IMG/VR virus record: IMGVR_UViG_3300045988_020424
DNA: 20,708 bases
Direction: 5' to 3' (one strand)
Source of the DNA: a virus
Taxonomy: Duplodnaviria; Heunggongvirae; Uroviricota; Caudoviricetes
Below are positions 1 to 8,356 of the stretch, one piece after another. Position numbers and translations under genes: made by a program. Each line of letters opens with the position of its first letter. The first letter of the stretch is position 1. The notes under the pieces are model-generated. The model made no database searches. It worked only from the letters and a program-made list of their open reading frames with translations, and had not been told where the DNA came from.

Positions 1-105
1 AGGTTTCATTGGGGTATACGGTTCGCCGTTGTGATTGACAACATAAAGCTCTGCGCCGTGGAATGGCACGTTGATAGTAGATACTGCTGTTGCTATACTC
101 GTCAT
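1..105 (-). CDS. Antirepressor (Ant-like) N-terminal fragment; gene continues beyond the window start
   Basis: Minus-strand ATG at 103-105 with the frame open to the window edge. Translation MTSIATAVSTINVPFHGAELYVVNHNGEPYTPMKP shows the F-x-G-x-x-L-x-V-V...G-E-P-Y pattern I associate with phage antirepressor N-terminal domains. It lies directly downstream of the Arc-like gene, as in P22 immI. RBS is weak. Confidence 0.5.
   Translation of the reverse strand, partial: MTSIATAVSTINVPFHGAELYVVNHNGEPYTPMKP
71..99 (+). promoter_or_regulatory. Candidate sigma70 promoter for an antisense small RNA (TTGATA, 17-bp spacer, TATACT)
   Basis: -35 TTGATA at 71-76 and -10 TATACT at 94-99 with a 17-bp spacer. 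It sits inside the 5' end of the ant-like gene on the opposite strand, and predicts a start near 106. Confidence 0.3.
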
Positions 106-180
106 GTCGTTAATTCCTATACGTAGTTTTACGATACTGAAGCCCTGACGGTCTGGCCACCGTGGGGCTTCGCTGTTTTA
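106..180 (+). ncRNA. Candidate antisense small RNA (analogous to P22 sar) covering the ant RBS and the arc-ant junction
   Basis: Predicted transcript from the promoter above to a GC-rich hairpin (GAAGCCC 139-145 pairing with GGGCTTC 165-171, plus inner TGACGG/CCGT pairing) followed by GCTGTTTTA. The region is complementary to the ant RBS on the minus strand. Inferred by analogy; no expression evidence. Confidence 0.3.
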
Positions 181-345
181 TGCCACGCTATTCTTCTCAC
201 CAGTGAGTCCATACACTTTCCTCAGCTGATAGATAATCTCTGTATTGAACTTTCGGCATTCTTTTTCGCCATTTCTTTCAATAGCTAACTTCACATCGTC
301 CGGAAAACGAACTCGTCGTTGACACATCTCTTTTGCTTTTTGCAT
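178..345 (-). CDS. Arc/Mnt-family ribbon-helix-helix transcriptional repressor (55 aa)
   Basis: Start re-placed to the ATG at 343-345, preceded by RBS AGGAG with a 7-nt spacer; the ORF-track start at 396 is an upstream extension. Protein MQKAKEMCQRRVRFPDDVKLAIERNGEKECRKFNTEIIYQLRKVYG... resembles P22 Arc in length and in the R-x-P...NG-x-x-x-N-[ST]-E-I pattern (P22 Arc recalled from memory). Confidence 0.7.
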   Translation of the reverse strand: MQKAKEMCQRRVRFPDDVKLAIERNGEKECRKFNTEIIYQLRKVYGLTGEKNSVA

Positions 346-430
346 TTCATATCTCCTAATATGAATGGTTGGCCACACGATGGAAGGATTGTCCATTGAA
401 GGATAAATCCCCGTGGTACAAGTTTTGGTA

Positions 431-452
431 AGCCCGCGCTGCGGGCTTTTTT
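431..452 (+). terminator. Rho-independent terminator, plus-strand orientation
   Basis: Stem AGCCCGC (431-437), loop GCT, stem GCGGGCT (441-447) followed by a T-run through 452. No A-run precedes it, so it is not bidirectional. The same stem sequence recurs in the terminator at 17825-17849. Confidence 0.6.
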
Positions 453-490
453 GTGTCTGCGGATTCCCGCCCGGGTGGCGGTGGCATTCG

Positions 491-516
491 TTAAAAACAA
501 GGCCGCGAAAGCGGCC
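491..516 (-). terminator. Rho-independent terminator of the small membrane-protein gene and late operon (minus strand)
   Basis: Perfect hairpin GGCCGC-GAAA-GCGGCC at 501-516. On the minus strand it is followed by TTGTTTTTAA (plus 491-500). Confidence 0.55.
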
Positions 517-530
517 TGTGACATGTCACG
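517..530. repeat. Copy 1 of 14-bp motif CGTGACATGTCACA (minus-strand orientation; 12-bp perfect palindrome GTGACATGTCAC at 518-529)
   Basis: Read directly from the sequence. It contains the TGA stop codon of the membrane-protein gene (526-528) and abuts the terminator hairpin at 501-516. Confidence 0.85.
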
Positions 531-822
531 TCCCTTTTCTGAATGATAGCCATTCGAAAAATGATGACATTCCACCGCAGACAATAGCAAAGATGATCCC
601 ACCAAAGAAGAGAAGGCCAGCCTGCCACCACTCCCACCGCCATACATCCACAGCGCCAACCATACCAACAATCGCTCCAACAAATGGAATATAGCTCACG
701 ATGAAAGCAATGGGGGCTGCAATTATCCAGTGCAATCCCCACCATGATTCAAGCCCAGCCATAATTGCTGCCAACTGAAAAAGACCAACGACGATATAAA
801 CAATGAATCCTATAGCTTGCAT
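526..822 (-). CDS. Small integral membrane protein (98 aa, about 3 predicted TM helices), function unknown; candidate superinfection-exclusion or accessory protein
   Basis: Start re-placed to the ATG at 820-822 with RBS AGGTGA and a 5-nt spacer. Protein MQAIGFIVYIVVGLFQLAAIMAGL... is strongly hydrophobic. Its C-terminus is not highly charged, which argues against a canonical holin. Position between ejection-protein genes and the immI-like genes parallels sieA in P22. Confidence 0.6.
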   Translation of the reverse strand: MQAIGFIVYIVVGLFQLAAIMAGLESWWGLHWIIAAPIAFIVSYIPFVGAIVGMVGAVDVWRWEWWQAGLLFFGGIIFAIVCGGMSSFFEWLSFRKGT

Positions 823-1018
823 GTAGTCACCTAATTTACCCAGTAAAAATAAGAGGCCTCCCCTCAATAAGGCTTGCAACAAGAACTACTCCCTGCACAA
901 CAAAGATGAACCAGCAAATAGCTTGAGTCTGAGGGTTAAGAAAATATTTGTAGCGGTCAATAAATAACAATCCACCAGAAATTATCACACTCAAAATAAT
1001 TAAAAACACAACACTTCC

Positions 1019-3493
1019 TTATTGCGGAGTGACATCCTGTGGTCGCCACCAGTATGTCTGGTTAAACTCTTTCTTCGAACGTTGCTCCATTTTACGCAAA
1101 TAGCCTGGTGAAAAATACTCCTGCATCTGGTTAAAGATCATGTGATCGAGAGCCGCCTTCAAGTACCAGAGATTCGCACCAGGCATCAAACCTTTCCCCA
1201 GCTTCACCAGATCACCACCAGTCTGCTCACTCTTCCCTTCCACAGCATTTAACGGTATGCCCTGAGCAATCTTCACTACGTCATCAACCAGACCAGCTAC
1301 CGGGCCAAGCATCGACGCCAGCGCGCCGCTTCCGTACCTAGTGTGATCTGACAATAAAAAGTCACCGTAAAGGCCAAGACCACCACCTTTCAGTAGAGCA
1401 CCAAGCCAGAATTTTGCGGCATCTTCTCCTGTCATCTCTCGAGGATTACGACCAGACGCAAGGTCGTTAAGTTGCTGCGACAAAGCGCCAAGAATGGTCG
1501 TACTGGCAATAAACGTCGCAATATATGCCGCACGCCCACCAGCAGACGGCATACCCATAGCGCGTGACCAGTGACGCATAACAACCGAGATAGGGAACGA
1601 TTTAAACAGGAAAACACTTCTCGTTAATTCACCTTTCCATGTTCCACGCTGAATACCAGAACCGGTTATCAGTTGCTCACGTGCTCCCGGTGTAATAACA
1701 GCCATATCAACTTCTTCAGTTACGGCACCGAGCAGTTTACGCATTGCCTCAAATTTCACGCGTTCAGGCTCACCAAGATGTTTAACTGCTGAATCAGGGA
1801 TACGCATAATGCTTTCCGGTGTCAGCATCGTATTATTACCGTTCCCCCAGTCCTCCTGTTTCGCCAGCTTCCATACGCTCCAGTCTGTGTCAGTAATCCC
1901 TTTGCTTTTCAGGATACGAAAATCAGAGTCATCGAGGCTACGAAGGTCTGGTGTCCGTGACACTACTTCTCCCAGGCTTCCCATCATGGTTACGCCATAG
2001 GCGCGCTTGTGCGCATCTGACCATGCTGTAAGCCCACTGACACGCATTACCGCCGTTGCCGCCCAACGAGACACTGACGGCCCCATATTATCCATCGCCC
2101 AGCGGTTAACGCTGCCAAGTAGAGATTCCATCGCCAGACCAGCGCGGCGCGCCCGCGCAAGTTCTGTACGGTTCGTTGGGTCCATAGCTTCAAGCTGGTT
2201 GCGGAATAACTGGTTCATTGGAAGGTTGGTAACCTTCGCAGACAGATACATGGTTCCAAGATCAGAGAACGATGACAGCAACGCGGATCCGAGTCTGCTG
2301 GCAACCAGCCAGTTGCGGATATTGTCAGACCATCGCGCGATGTGCGGATTCGCTACAGGCTGTGTCTTTCCGGAAATAAAGTTGTACAGATTCTCTGTGT
2401 TGTTCGCCAGCCGCTCGACTTTACCGGTTTTACTCGGGTTAGCTGTTGCCGTTTCTGCCTTCACCTGATCAAGAAGAGAGCGGAAAACATGATCGGGGTT
2501 TGGGCCATATGTTTCCACCAGTGCAATATCTTTACTGATACCTTCCAGGTGACCGACCATGATTTCCCATAGAGAGCGATCGCCATAAAGTTGCTGATAT
2601 TGCAGATAGGAATCTGCATCTTTGAAATGTATCTGTCGTGATGCATTACCCCGGTTAGCACGTGCGCCGGAAATTCGCATTCCGGTATCAGTAAGCTTAT
2701 TCAGCCCACCAGTAGCGATCGTGTTATAAGCCTCTCCAAGAAATGCAGACAACTCGGCATCGTTCATCAGTTGTCCATCGACTCGGGTATAATATTTGCG
2801 ATCCAGCTTACCTATAACATCGCTAACCCACTTATCCTTTGATACCGCCCCAACCTTTTCCATAGAATGATGTTGAGGGAGCCCCCAGTTTTCGAGATAG
2901 CCAATGTCCCCACCAGCATCATTAAACCGGCGGCGCAGTAGCTCTGTCACTTCTCTCCACGCCTTAGCACCTTTTCTTGCTTTAGCATTGCCAGTATTTT
3001 GCCCTCGCATTTCATATACCAGGTCACGCACGCCAGCTTCATCTTCAAACAGGCCAAAAAAGCGAGGATCAACTGCTTCAAATGCCTCCTGCAATTGACT
3101 CAATGCATAATCACGAGTGGCTTTTGTTCTGGATTCAACAGAGAGGAAATTCGATTTACCGTCTGCATTAAAAGCAATAGTACGGTTAAGAGCGCCAAGT
3201 TTCCCATCAGCCCCTTGATAGCTATTGATAAATTTATCCAATCTCTGACGTGCGGCTATAGTGAGGGCCACACGACGTTTCTTTAATGCCGCTTCTCGCT
3301 GTAATTCTTCAGATGCCAATTGTGCTGCTCGATATAGCCGCTCTGATTCGGAAAGTTGTCGCCACGACATAGGGTCATCACGAGCAATGGAGCGCATATT
3401 TCGATAAATGCGGTCTTCAATGTTCTGTATTTCTCGCGCCGTTAACATGCGCTGCGCCGCCTGCTGAACCGCTTGTATACATTCCTGTCTCAT
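1019..3493 (-). CDS. Large virion internal / ejection (core) protein, 824 aa
   Basis: Long ORF with ATG at 3491-3493, packed 5 nt after the stop of the upstream gene. Third of three consecutive large proteins after the tail tubular genes, a position analogous to T7 gp15/gp16 or P22 ejection proteins. Function is inferred from position only. Confidence 0.8.
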   Translation of the reverse strand: MRQECIQAVQQAAQRMLTAREIQNIEDRIYRNMRSIARDDPMSWRQLSESERLYRAAQLASEELQREAALKKRRVALTIAARQRLDKFINSYQGADGKLGALNRTIAFNADGKSNFLSVESRTKATRDYALSQLQEAFEAVDPRFFGLFEDEAGVRDLVYEMRGQNTGNAKARKGAKAWREVTELLRRRFNDAGGDIGYLENWGLPQHHSMEKVGAVSKDKWVSDVIGKLDRKYYTRVDGQLMNDAELSAFLGEAYNTIATGGLNKLTDTGMRISGARANRGNASRQIHFKDADSYLQYQQLYGDRSLWEIMVGHLEGISKDIALVETYGPNPDHVFRSLLDQVKAETATANPSKTGKVERLANNTENLYNFISGKTQPVANPHIARWSDNIRNWLVASRLGSALLSSFSDLGTMYLSAKVTNLPMNQLFRNQLEAMDPTNRTELARARRAGLAMESLLGSVNRWAMDNMGPSVSRWAATAVMRVSGLTAWSDAHKRAYGVTMMGSLGEVVSRTPDLRSLDDSDFRILKSKGITDTDWSVWKLAKQEDWGNGNNTMLTPESIMRIPDSAVKHLGEPERVKFEAMRKLLGAVTEEVDMAVITPGAREQLITGSGIQRGTWKGELTRSVFLFKSFPISVVMRHWSRAMGMPSAGGRAAYIATFIASTTILGALSQQLNDLASGRNPREMTGEDAAKFWLGALLKGGGLGLYGDFLLSDHTRYGSGALASMLGPVAGLVDDVVKIAQGIPLNAVEGKSEQTGGDLVKLGKGLMPGANLWYLKAALDHMIFNQMQEYFSPGYLRKMEQRSKKEFNQTYWWRPQDVTPQ

Positions 3494-3498
3494 TTAAT

Positions 3499-5301
3499 TT
3501 AACCTCTCAAGAAACACGCCACAGCGACATCAAACAGGCTGGAATCCTGTATTGCCTGCTCACTTTCCCTGTTCGCTTCATCCAGTGCTTCACGCGCACT
3601 GCGCGATTGTGGATTACCATCATCATCCAGCACGGTGATTATCATGTCAGGTGATTCAAGCAGCGAGTCTTCAGCTATGCGCAGATCAATATCTCCTGCC
3701 GGATCTGCCATCATTTTTTGTTCTGTCTGTTGCAATATCTTACCGGGCTCAAAAGGAGCTACTTCTTCTGGCGTCCTGACCTCTGCTGTTTTATAGAATG
3801 AAACAGCCTGAGCATTAAGTTCACTTTCTGCCTGCTGTCGTCGTGCCAGTTCTGCTCGAGCTTCAAAAAACTGACCTCCAGGCTCGTGCGGCGCCAACGC
3901 GTTACGAGAAAATTCCAGGCGTTCTTGTGCCTGCCGGATTCGTTGGTCAATATCGCGAAGTCTGGCCTGTTTATCTGATCGAGCACGAGATAAAGCCTTA
4001 CCGCTACCGGTTGGCTCTTCTGCAAGAATTTGTGCGCGCTGTTCAGTGAGATTTTCAATAATTCGTTGGCTATTAGCGATTTCAGACTGGTAAACCTTTC
4101 TATCGCCACGCGACAAAAGCTGCGCGGCCTGTTCTTCAAGCAACCGATTTTCTATAGCGCGCGCCGTTACTCCATCATCTACAGATGACAGAGCCTCATT
4201 AACTGCCTGAGACAGCAGACTCTTGCGCCCAGGAATTTCACTGAAAGATGCAGACTCAACAATGCTGGCAACGTCTACAGGTCTCCCCTGGCTAACATCA
4301 GACATGGCTTTTCGCAGAGCCTGAATGTGCGAATTACGCGAAAGCACGTTGATCGGAACGCCGGGAGCAATATCAATTTCAGCATGATGAGCGGCATTCG
4401 CCGCCAGTGCAGCATCAATATCAACTGGTGAAAAATTTGGTGCGCTTGTAGACTCGCCGCGAGAGTTAATAAATCTGCCGACACCACCAAACGCCACCCC
4501 AAGAACAGCATCAATAGCAATTGCCTGTCGATCCAACACATCATACTGGTTAGCCATTTCGCTATAGCCACCATCACGAAGCGTTTTTGCAGTAAGCCCA
4601 CGCTGTGCCATACCGAACGCAATATTTGTACCTGCGGCATAGGCAATATCTGGCGTTGCACGTATTGCTGTTGCTGCGGCGCGTCGCACTGAACTTTCAC
4701 CCGTCCGCGCAAGCTGAGCCGCCACACCTTCCGCCAGCGCACCACCAGCACGTAACCCGAGGCTCATAGGGATCAGTGTTCCGGCACCAGCAGTAATACC
4801 CTGCACTAATCCCGCTTCCTGCGCCGTCCTGAAATCAACACCCTGTGCTGTCAACCGTTCAAACTCAGAAAAACCCTGTAGAGAAGTTACCGCCGCAGCA
4901 CCTCCGACCGGACCACCGAGCGTTGTACCGACAACAGCCTGCCCGCCCATATCGAACAACCCATAAAGGACCTGCCCGGCGGTTCCGGTTGTCGCGGCAT
5001 CAGGCGTCAGCCGCTTAACCTGCTGCTCTGCTAGTTTTCTCTGCTCAGCAATGTATGAAACTGAAGTGTCATTGAGCGAGGTGTTTTCGTTAACAAGCTG
5101 AGCAATCGGGGATACGATTTTATCCATCCCTGCCCATAGCAACTGATCTGGCTTTGCCACCAGCCCGGAGTACAAACCAGACAATGCCGCTCCTACAGCA
5201 TTGTCGAAAAAACCAACATCGCTGTTAAAGCCAACTGGATTTGATGCTGCTTCGTCAAGCTGCTGATTCTGGTTTACTGGATTAAGGCCAAAGTAACTCA
5301 T
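3499..5301 (-). CDS. Virion internal / ejection (core) protein, 600 aa, Ala/Gly-rich
   Basis: ATG at 5299-5301 overlaps the upstream stop (ATGA coupling). Protein has Gly/Ala-rich N-terminal half and charged coiled-coil-like C-terminal half. Function by position. Confidence 0.8.
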   Translation of the reverse strand: MSYFGLNPVNQNQQLDEAASNPVGFNSDVGFFDNAVGAALSGLYSGLVAKPDQLLWAGMDKIVSPIAQLVNENTSLNDTSVSYIAEQRKLAEQQVKRLTPDAATTGTAGQVLYGLFDMGGQAVVGTTLGGPVGGAAAVTSLQGFSEFERLTAQGVDFRTAQEAGLVQGITAGAGTLIPMSLGLRAGGALAEGVAAQLARTGESSVRRAAATAIRATPDIAYAAGTNIAFGMAQRGLTAKTLRDGGYSEMANQYDVLDRQAIAIDAVLGVAFGGVGRFINSRGESTSAPNFSPVDIDAALAANAAHHAEIDIAPGVPINVLSRNSHIQALRKAMSDVSQGRPVDVASIVESASFSEIPGRKSLLSQAVNEALSSVDDGVTARAIENRLLEEQAAQLLSRGDRKVYQSEIANSQRIIENLTEQRAQILAEEPTGSGKALSRARSDKQARLRDIDQRIRQAQERLEFSRNALAPHEPGGQFFEARAELARRQQAESELNAQAVSFYKTAEVRTPEEVAPFEPGKILQQTEQKMMADPAGDIDLRIAEDSLLESPDMIITVLDDDGNPQSRSAREALDEANRESEQAIQDSSLFDVAVACFLRG

Positions 5302-7811
5302 TGCGGAATATCTCCGGAGAATCTCTGACGCTTCTGTGTCAGATCAAGAACAACGGGAGAACCATCATCTTTTAGCAGATAACCAGTACCAAGTTTCACC
5401 AGGTACTGACTATCGCCGTAACTTTGCAAACCATACTGACCAGGCGGTGTTTTTATCCCTGTGCCAACAACTTGTTCATTCCAAGCCTGATTAACCTGCT
5501 TATCGAATTGCTCTGCAGACATTCCCCACGGCAAAAGAACATTCCCCATTCCGTTATAGTCATGCACGCCACCTGTAGCTACGTTAACAGCCTGTTTCCA
5601 GATATCATTGTCAATTTCGCCTGATACCACGCCTTTTTTCGCCATCACACCAGCGTAATAGTCCTTTGCGATCTCGTATGCCATTGATGCCCCCTGAGCA
5701 TCACCAGCAAATGCATTCTTCACCATGTCAGAAAACTCAAGGCGAAGATCAGCATCTTTAGGCATCGGAATACCTTTCGCGTCATCAGTACCTTTACGAG
5801 CCGCCGCGCCAGCAAGAATTGTCTGCGCAGCGGTTTCTGGAGACACGGAAACATCCGGATTAAACCAGTTTTTTTCTGCCAAAATACCACCTGGCTTATC
5901 CATCAGTATCCCGGCAACGGCAGCAGATGGAGCGTTGGCACTGATCTGCTGTAGTGCTGACATATACACCTGCCCACCACCAGTGCTCTGCCTGATGGTA
6001 TCGAGATATGCTGCCTGTTGGGAAACGGGCGCATCACGAAAGAAAACACCGATCTGATTGGCCTCGTCTTTGGAAAAGAACGTCAGTGGAGTGCCATATG
6101 ACTTAGCAAGGTCACTGACCTGAGCAGCACGCAAGGCAACGCTCTGTCCAAAGTTATCCTTATTGCTCATGTCGATAGGCTTTGCCTGTCCGGCGGCAAG
6201 AGAGAACTGTACAGGATCAGCCTGTCGCTGCTTTATCACCTGACTTGCAGCCGACACAACGTTGTCATAAAGAGCGGCTCGTGCCGCATAACCCTCCCCT
6301 GTCTCACCAGTATCCGGGCGTAATTGCTCAACATATGCTGTAATGCTGCTTGTCGGCATGTTGCGGAAAGAGCCTATATACTGTCCGGCGATTTGCGTAT
6401 TTCTGAACTCGGTATATCGCAGGTTTCCTTCTCTTACTCCATAAGCTGCAATAAAATCAGCCTCACCAGGTGGGTTAGGAAATTCAACGCCACGCATATA
6501 CGCAGCTGTCGCATCGCGAACCTGGCTGTCAATCATCGTTTTATATTCAGCCTGCTGCTGCCGACGCAGTTGATCCGCCTGTCGCATAAAACTTGCCTGC
6601 GCCTCAGGAGATGCCGCATCGAATGCTGCATTACCGGTATAGCGTTTGGTGTTGGTTGGAATTGTTGATAAACCAAGTGCTGCACTGACACCAGCAGTTA
6701 ACTGCTGATCACTGTATGGCTGGCTACCGTTCTCATGATGGATAATGGCTGCACAAAGCGCCTTCAGGGTATCAGGATTAGATGCATCGAGAGGCTCATC
6801 AGCAGAAACGCCAAGTTGTTCGCACACTGCTTTGATATACGACATAGTGTCATTTTTATCAGTAGGCGGTGCCCAGCGATTAATTATCTCGCTGACGGTA
6901 TCAATACCCTGCCTCTGATACGACATCAGGTTCCGCCCTAATGCACGAATCCCGTGTTCAGGTGTTTCGAATTTAGCAAATCGACCATCATCACCGGTCT
7001 GGCCTACCCACGGATTAGTTTTGCTGTATTCGAGATTTCCTGGGTTATTGTTGCGTATGCCACGGGCACGCTCGGAAGAGTCACTATCTGCTACAGCACG
7101 GCGAGCTCCAGCAGCAGTATCACTTAACTCGCCATTACTTTGGATGAATGCGGTCGCATTGTTTGCCGACCACTGGGACAATGCAGCATCAGCAACCTTC
7201 TCTTTAAACTCGATTTTCTTGGCCTGGATTTGCTCGTCACTCCAGCCATGTGCAATGCCGTAATCCTCAATTTGCTGGAAAGTTTGCTTATTAGCCAATA
7301 CGTATGCGGCGTTGTCGCCATACAATGCTGCGGCATTTTTACCATTGTTCAGCAGCGTAGCCTGAAACTGGCCTTCTTCGTAGGCATTTATTTGCCCTAT
7401 CTCGTGCCGCCCGGCCTGCGTAGTGAACTGAATGCGCTGCTGCTGCGCCTGCTGCATGAAAGCATTACGAGCCTGTTCATCCGGCAGCGACATAGCCAGT
7501 TGTTCGACCTGAGCATCAAACTGCTGCGTATACTCCTGACCTTTTCCAATAGCATTTTTCCCTTTCAGGTTAAGCAATCCTGTTTCAGGATTATTCAGCA
7601 GATCACTGCTTATCTGACTGAGGTTAAGAGATGCCTCCTGAGCCAGAGCGATATTGGCACGCTGTTTTGCCTGACCAAAAACATCAATTGCCTCTGTCCC
7701 TGCCCGAACAAAAGCATCACCAATACCTGGCTGAGAAAACGTCTGCAAGCCTGCTGACTGAACTCCACGGCTCTGAACCTGACGGCCGGATACTGTTGGT
7801 ACGACTGGCAT
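5298..7811 (-). CDS. Large virion internal / ejection (core) protein, 837 aa
   Basis: Start re-placed to the ATG at 7809-7811 (MPVVPTVSG...) with RBS GGAGG and 6-nt spacer, overlapping the upstream stop (TAATG). The ORF-track start at 7886 is an extension. Function by position. Confidence 0.8.
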   Translation of the reverse strand: MPVVPTVSGRQVQSRGVQSAGLQTFSQPGIGDAFVRAGTEAIDVFGQAKQRANIALAQEASLNLSQISSDLLNNPETGLLNLKGKNAIGKGQEYTQQFDAQVEQLAMSLPDEQARNAFMQQAQQQRIQFTTQAGRHEIGQINAYEEGQFQATLLNNGKNAAALYGDNAAYVLANKQTFQQIEDYGIAHGWSDEQIQAKKIEFKEKVADAALSQWSANNATAFIQSNGELSDTAAGARRAVADSDSSERARGIRNNNPGNLEYSKTNPWVGQTGDDGRFAKFETPEHGIRALGRNLMSYQRQGIDTVSEIINRWAPPTDKNDTMSYIKAVCEQLGVSADEPLDASNPDTLKALCAAIIHHENGSQPYSDQQLTAGVSAALGLSTIPTNTKRYTGNAAFDAASPEAQASFMRQADQLRRQQQAEYKTMIDSQVRDATAAYMRGVEFPNPPGEADFIAAYGVREGNLRYTEFRNTQIAGQYIGSFRNMPTSSITAYVEQLRPDTGETGEGYAARAALYDNVVSAASQVIKQRQADPVQFSLAAGQAKPIDMSNKDNFGQSVALRAAQVSDLAKSYGTPLTFFSKDEANQIGVFFRDAPVSQQAAYLDTIRQSTGGGQVYMSALQQISANAPSAAVAGILMDKPGGILAEKNWFNPDVSVSPETAAQTILAGAAARKGTDDAKGIPMPKDADLRLEFSDMVKNAFAGDAQGASMAYEIAKDYYAGVMAKKGVVSGEIDNDIWKQAVNVATGGVHDYNGMGNVLLPWGMSAEQFDKQVNQAWNEQVVGTGIKTPPGQYGLQSYGDSQYLVKLGTGYLLKDDGSPVVLDLTQKRQRFSGDIPQ

Positions 7812-8356
7812 TATAATCCTCCGGGTAATCTGGTTCCTGCTGCTGCCCCGATTGGCGCAGGAGTGCTTTGAGTAAACGGACTCCACGTCCCACCAAACAT
7901 CTGGTACGCACCGTATGCCTTCAGAGGCGCGGTGAGCAATGTTGTTGCTGCTCCCACATTCCCCTGTTTACGGGCTGAACTGGCTTCTGCTTTATAGTTG
8001 GCAGCCTGAACCTGATAACCGTAAGCCTCGCGTTGCGCGTTATTCACCGTCGTCAGCGAATCAAGAGCGCCAAACTGGGCAGTGTCGCCAAATATATCCA
8101 GCGCGTTACCTGTAGATAAATCAGCGCCGGTCGCCCCCATTGTCGCCGCCTGTGTACCAAGCCGCTGTCGGGTCTCTCTGCGCCGTTGCTCAGCTTCAGC
8201 GTTACCCCTGTTTATTGCATCATTTGCCTGAGCTGTGGCTATATCTGCGTTAGCTTCTGCAACCTTCGAGGCATACTTTCCCTGTTGGTACTGGGTGTAT
8301 GCCTGAATGCCACTCATGGCGAGCATTGCACCACCAGCAATAACCGGATCGCACAT
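7811..8356 (-). CDS. Small virion protein, 181 aa, Ala/Gln-rich (position of T7 gp14-like internal virion protein)
   Basis: ATG at 8354-8356 with RBS GGAGAG; stop overlaps the next start. Low-complexity Ala-rich sequence. Confidence 0.75.
   Translation of the reverse strand: MCDPVIAGGAMLAMSGIQAYTQYQQGKYASKVAEANADIATAQANDAINRGNAEAEQRRRETRQRLGTQAATMGATGADLSTGNALDIFGDTAQFGALDSLTTVNNAQREAYGYQVQAANYKAEASSARKQGNVGAATTLLTAPLKAYGAYQMFGGTWSPFTQSTPAPIGAAAGTRLPGGL

Noticed and set aside
291-745. Three overlapping ORF-track entries (291-683 minus, 413-694 plus, 491-745 minus) across the arc upstream region and the membrane gene
   Set aside because: They run through two terminator hairpins and the regulatory intergenic region and overlap better-supported genes in other frames. 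No RBS, and the composition looks like frame-shifted translation of hydrophobic coding sequence.
526-822. Small membrane protein as the phage holin
   Set aside because: It has about three TM segments like class I holins, but its C-terminus is not highly charged and no endolysin or spanin gene is adjacent. It is kept as a membrane protein of unknown function.
5298-7811. Assigning a peptidoglycan-hydrolase domain to the 837-aa protein from the segment GIRNNNPGNLEY...FETPEHGIRALGRNL
   Set aside because: The segment looks like a conserved motif, but I cannot match it to a specific hydrolase family from memory. Only a profile search could support it.
7812-7886. N-terminal extension of the 837-aa protein to the ORF-track start at 7886
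   Set aside because: A strong RBS (GGAGG) and stop/start coupling with the upstream gene support the ATG at 7809-7811. The extension would overlap the upstream gene by 75 nt.
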